NCBI RefSeq assembly: GCF_000298275.1 | Contig: NW_006922148.1 | Coordinates: forward strand, 1,175,648-1,196,344 | Source of the DNA: Orycteropus afer | Lineage: Eukaryota | DNA length: 20,697 nt | Direction of reading: 5' to 3' | Shown here: positions 20,539 to 20,697 of the stretch, piece after piece | How positions within the stretch are numbered: position 1 is the first letter of the stretch | How the letters are laid out: the number at the start of each line of letters is the position of its first letter | Made by a program: the position numbers and the translations under genes | Notes under the pieces: model-generated | Told to the model about the DNA's origin: nothing | Databases searched by the model: none | The model's input: only the letters and a program-made list of their open reading frames with translations

Positions 20539-20697
20539 TCCTTGGAGAGAATAATCATGGGAGAAAGAAGGGCTGCTTATGCACAGGGAGACAGCTCAGG
20601 GGGCAGGACGGCTTGGAGGGATGGACACAGGGAAGAGGTAATTATCGGGAGGAATTGGGAGGGGAGCTGTTGCATTGTGGTAAATTGTGGTCAATGT
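20527..20697 (+). mobile_element. L1 3'UTR fragment (sense on plus strand; continues beyond the window), abutting and truncating the ERV RT
   Basis: It aligns directly with 6470-6610 (…gtacagggagacagct.gggggcagga…gggagggaaggacacag.gaagaggtaa.tatgggaggaaatgggaag…gctgttgcattgtgg.aaattg). Confidence 0.5.

Noticed and set aside
16960-20697. The L1 3'UTR pieces on both sides of the ERV (16960-17062 and 20527-20697) were considered as evidence that the ERV inserted into a single L1 3'UTR.
   Set aside because: The two pieces are in opposite orientations (minus and plus). A simple insertion would leave co-oriented flanks. They are treated as independent fragments, with the plus-strand L1 truncating the ERV RT.
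1-20697. CRISPR arrays, operons or other prokaryotic defence/accessory systems hinted at by the task framing were looked for.
   Set aside because: The sequence is unmistakably mammalian repeat-rich DNA (L1, RTE, tRNA-SINEs, ERV, microsatellites, CpG depletion). No short regularly spaced direct repeats with unique spacers or dense co-directional gene arrays exist.

Overview
No host protein-coding exon, structural RNA gene or prokaryote-style system can be supported here. The window is repeat-dense mammalian DNA, very probably afrotherian (elephant-like): it carries tRNA-derived AfroSINE-type SINEs with RTE-like 3' tails, several RTE/BovB-type LINEs, and L1 elements with long 3'UTRs. Nearly every ORF in the six-frame track is a decayed retrotransposon reading frame (L1 ORF1/ORF2, RTE RT, ERV pol) or its antisense artefact. 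The most structured content is retroviral. (a) A class-III (ERV-L-like) provirus remnant lies on the minus strand at about 17063-20526. Its pol reads RT -> RNase H -> integrase -> C-terminal dUTPase, with a 3' LTR, and it is truncated inside RT by an L1 fragment. (b) A compact LTR / tRNA-Leu-like primer-binding site (PBS) / ~700-bp CpG-retaining internal region / polypurine tract (PPT) / LTR element of the same LTR family sits inside an L1 ORF2 at 7448-9096. (c) A fourth solo LTR lies at 14966-15560. All four LTR copies are in the same orientation. Other items are a near-identical tandem AfroSINE pair, RTE copies ending in (CAA)n, and L1 3'UTR variants with an internal A16 run. All coordinates are approximate (about +/-15 bp). 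I found nothing that justifies calling a previously undescribed biological system. The observations worth a second look are ordinary but concrete questions of mobile-element biology.
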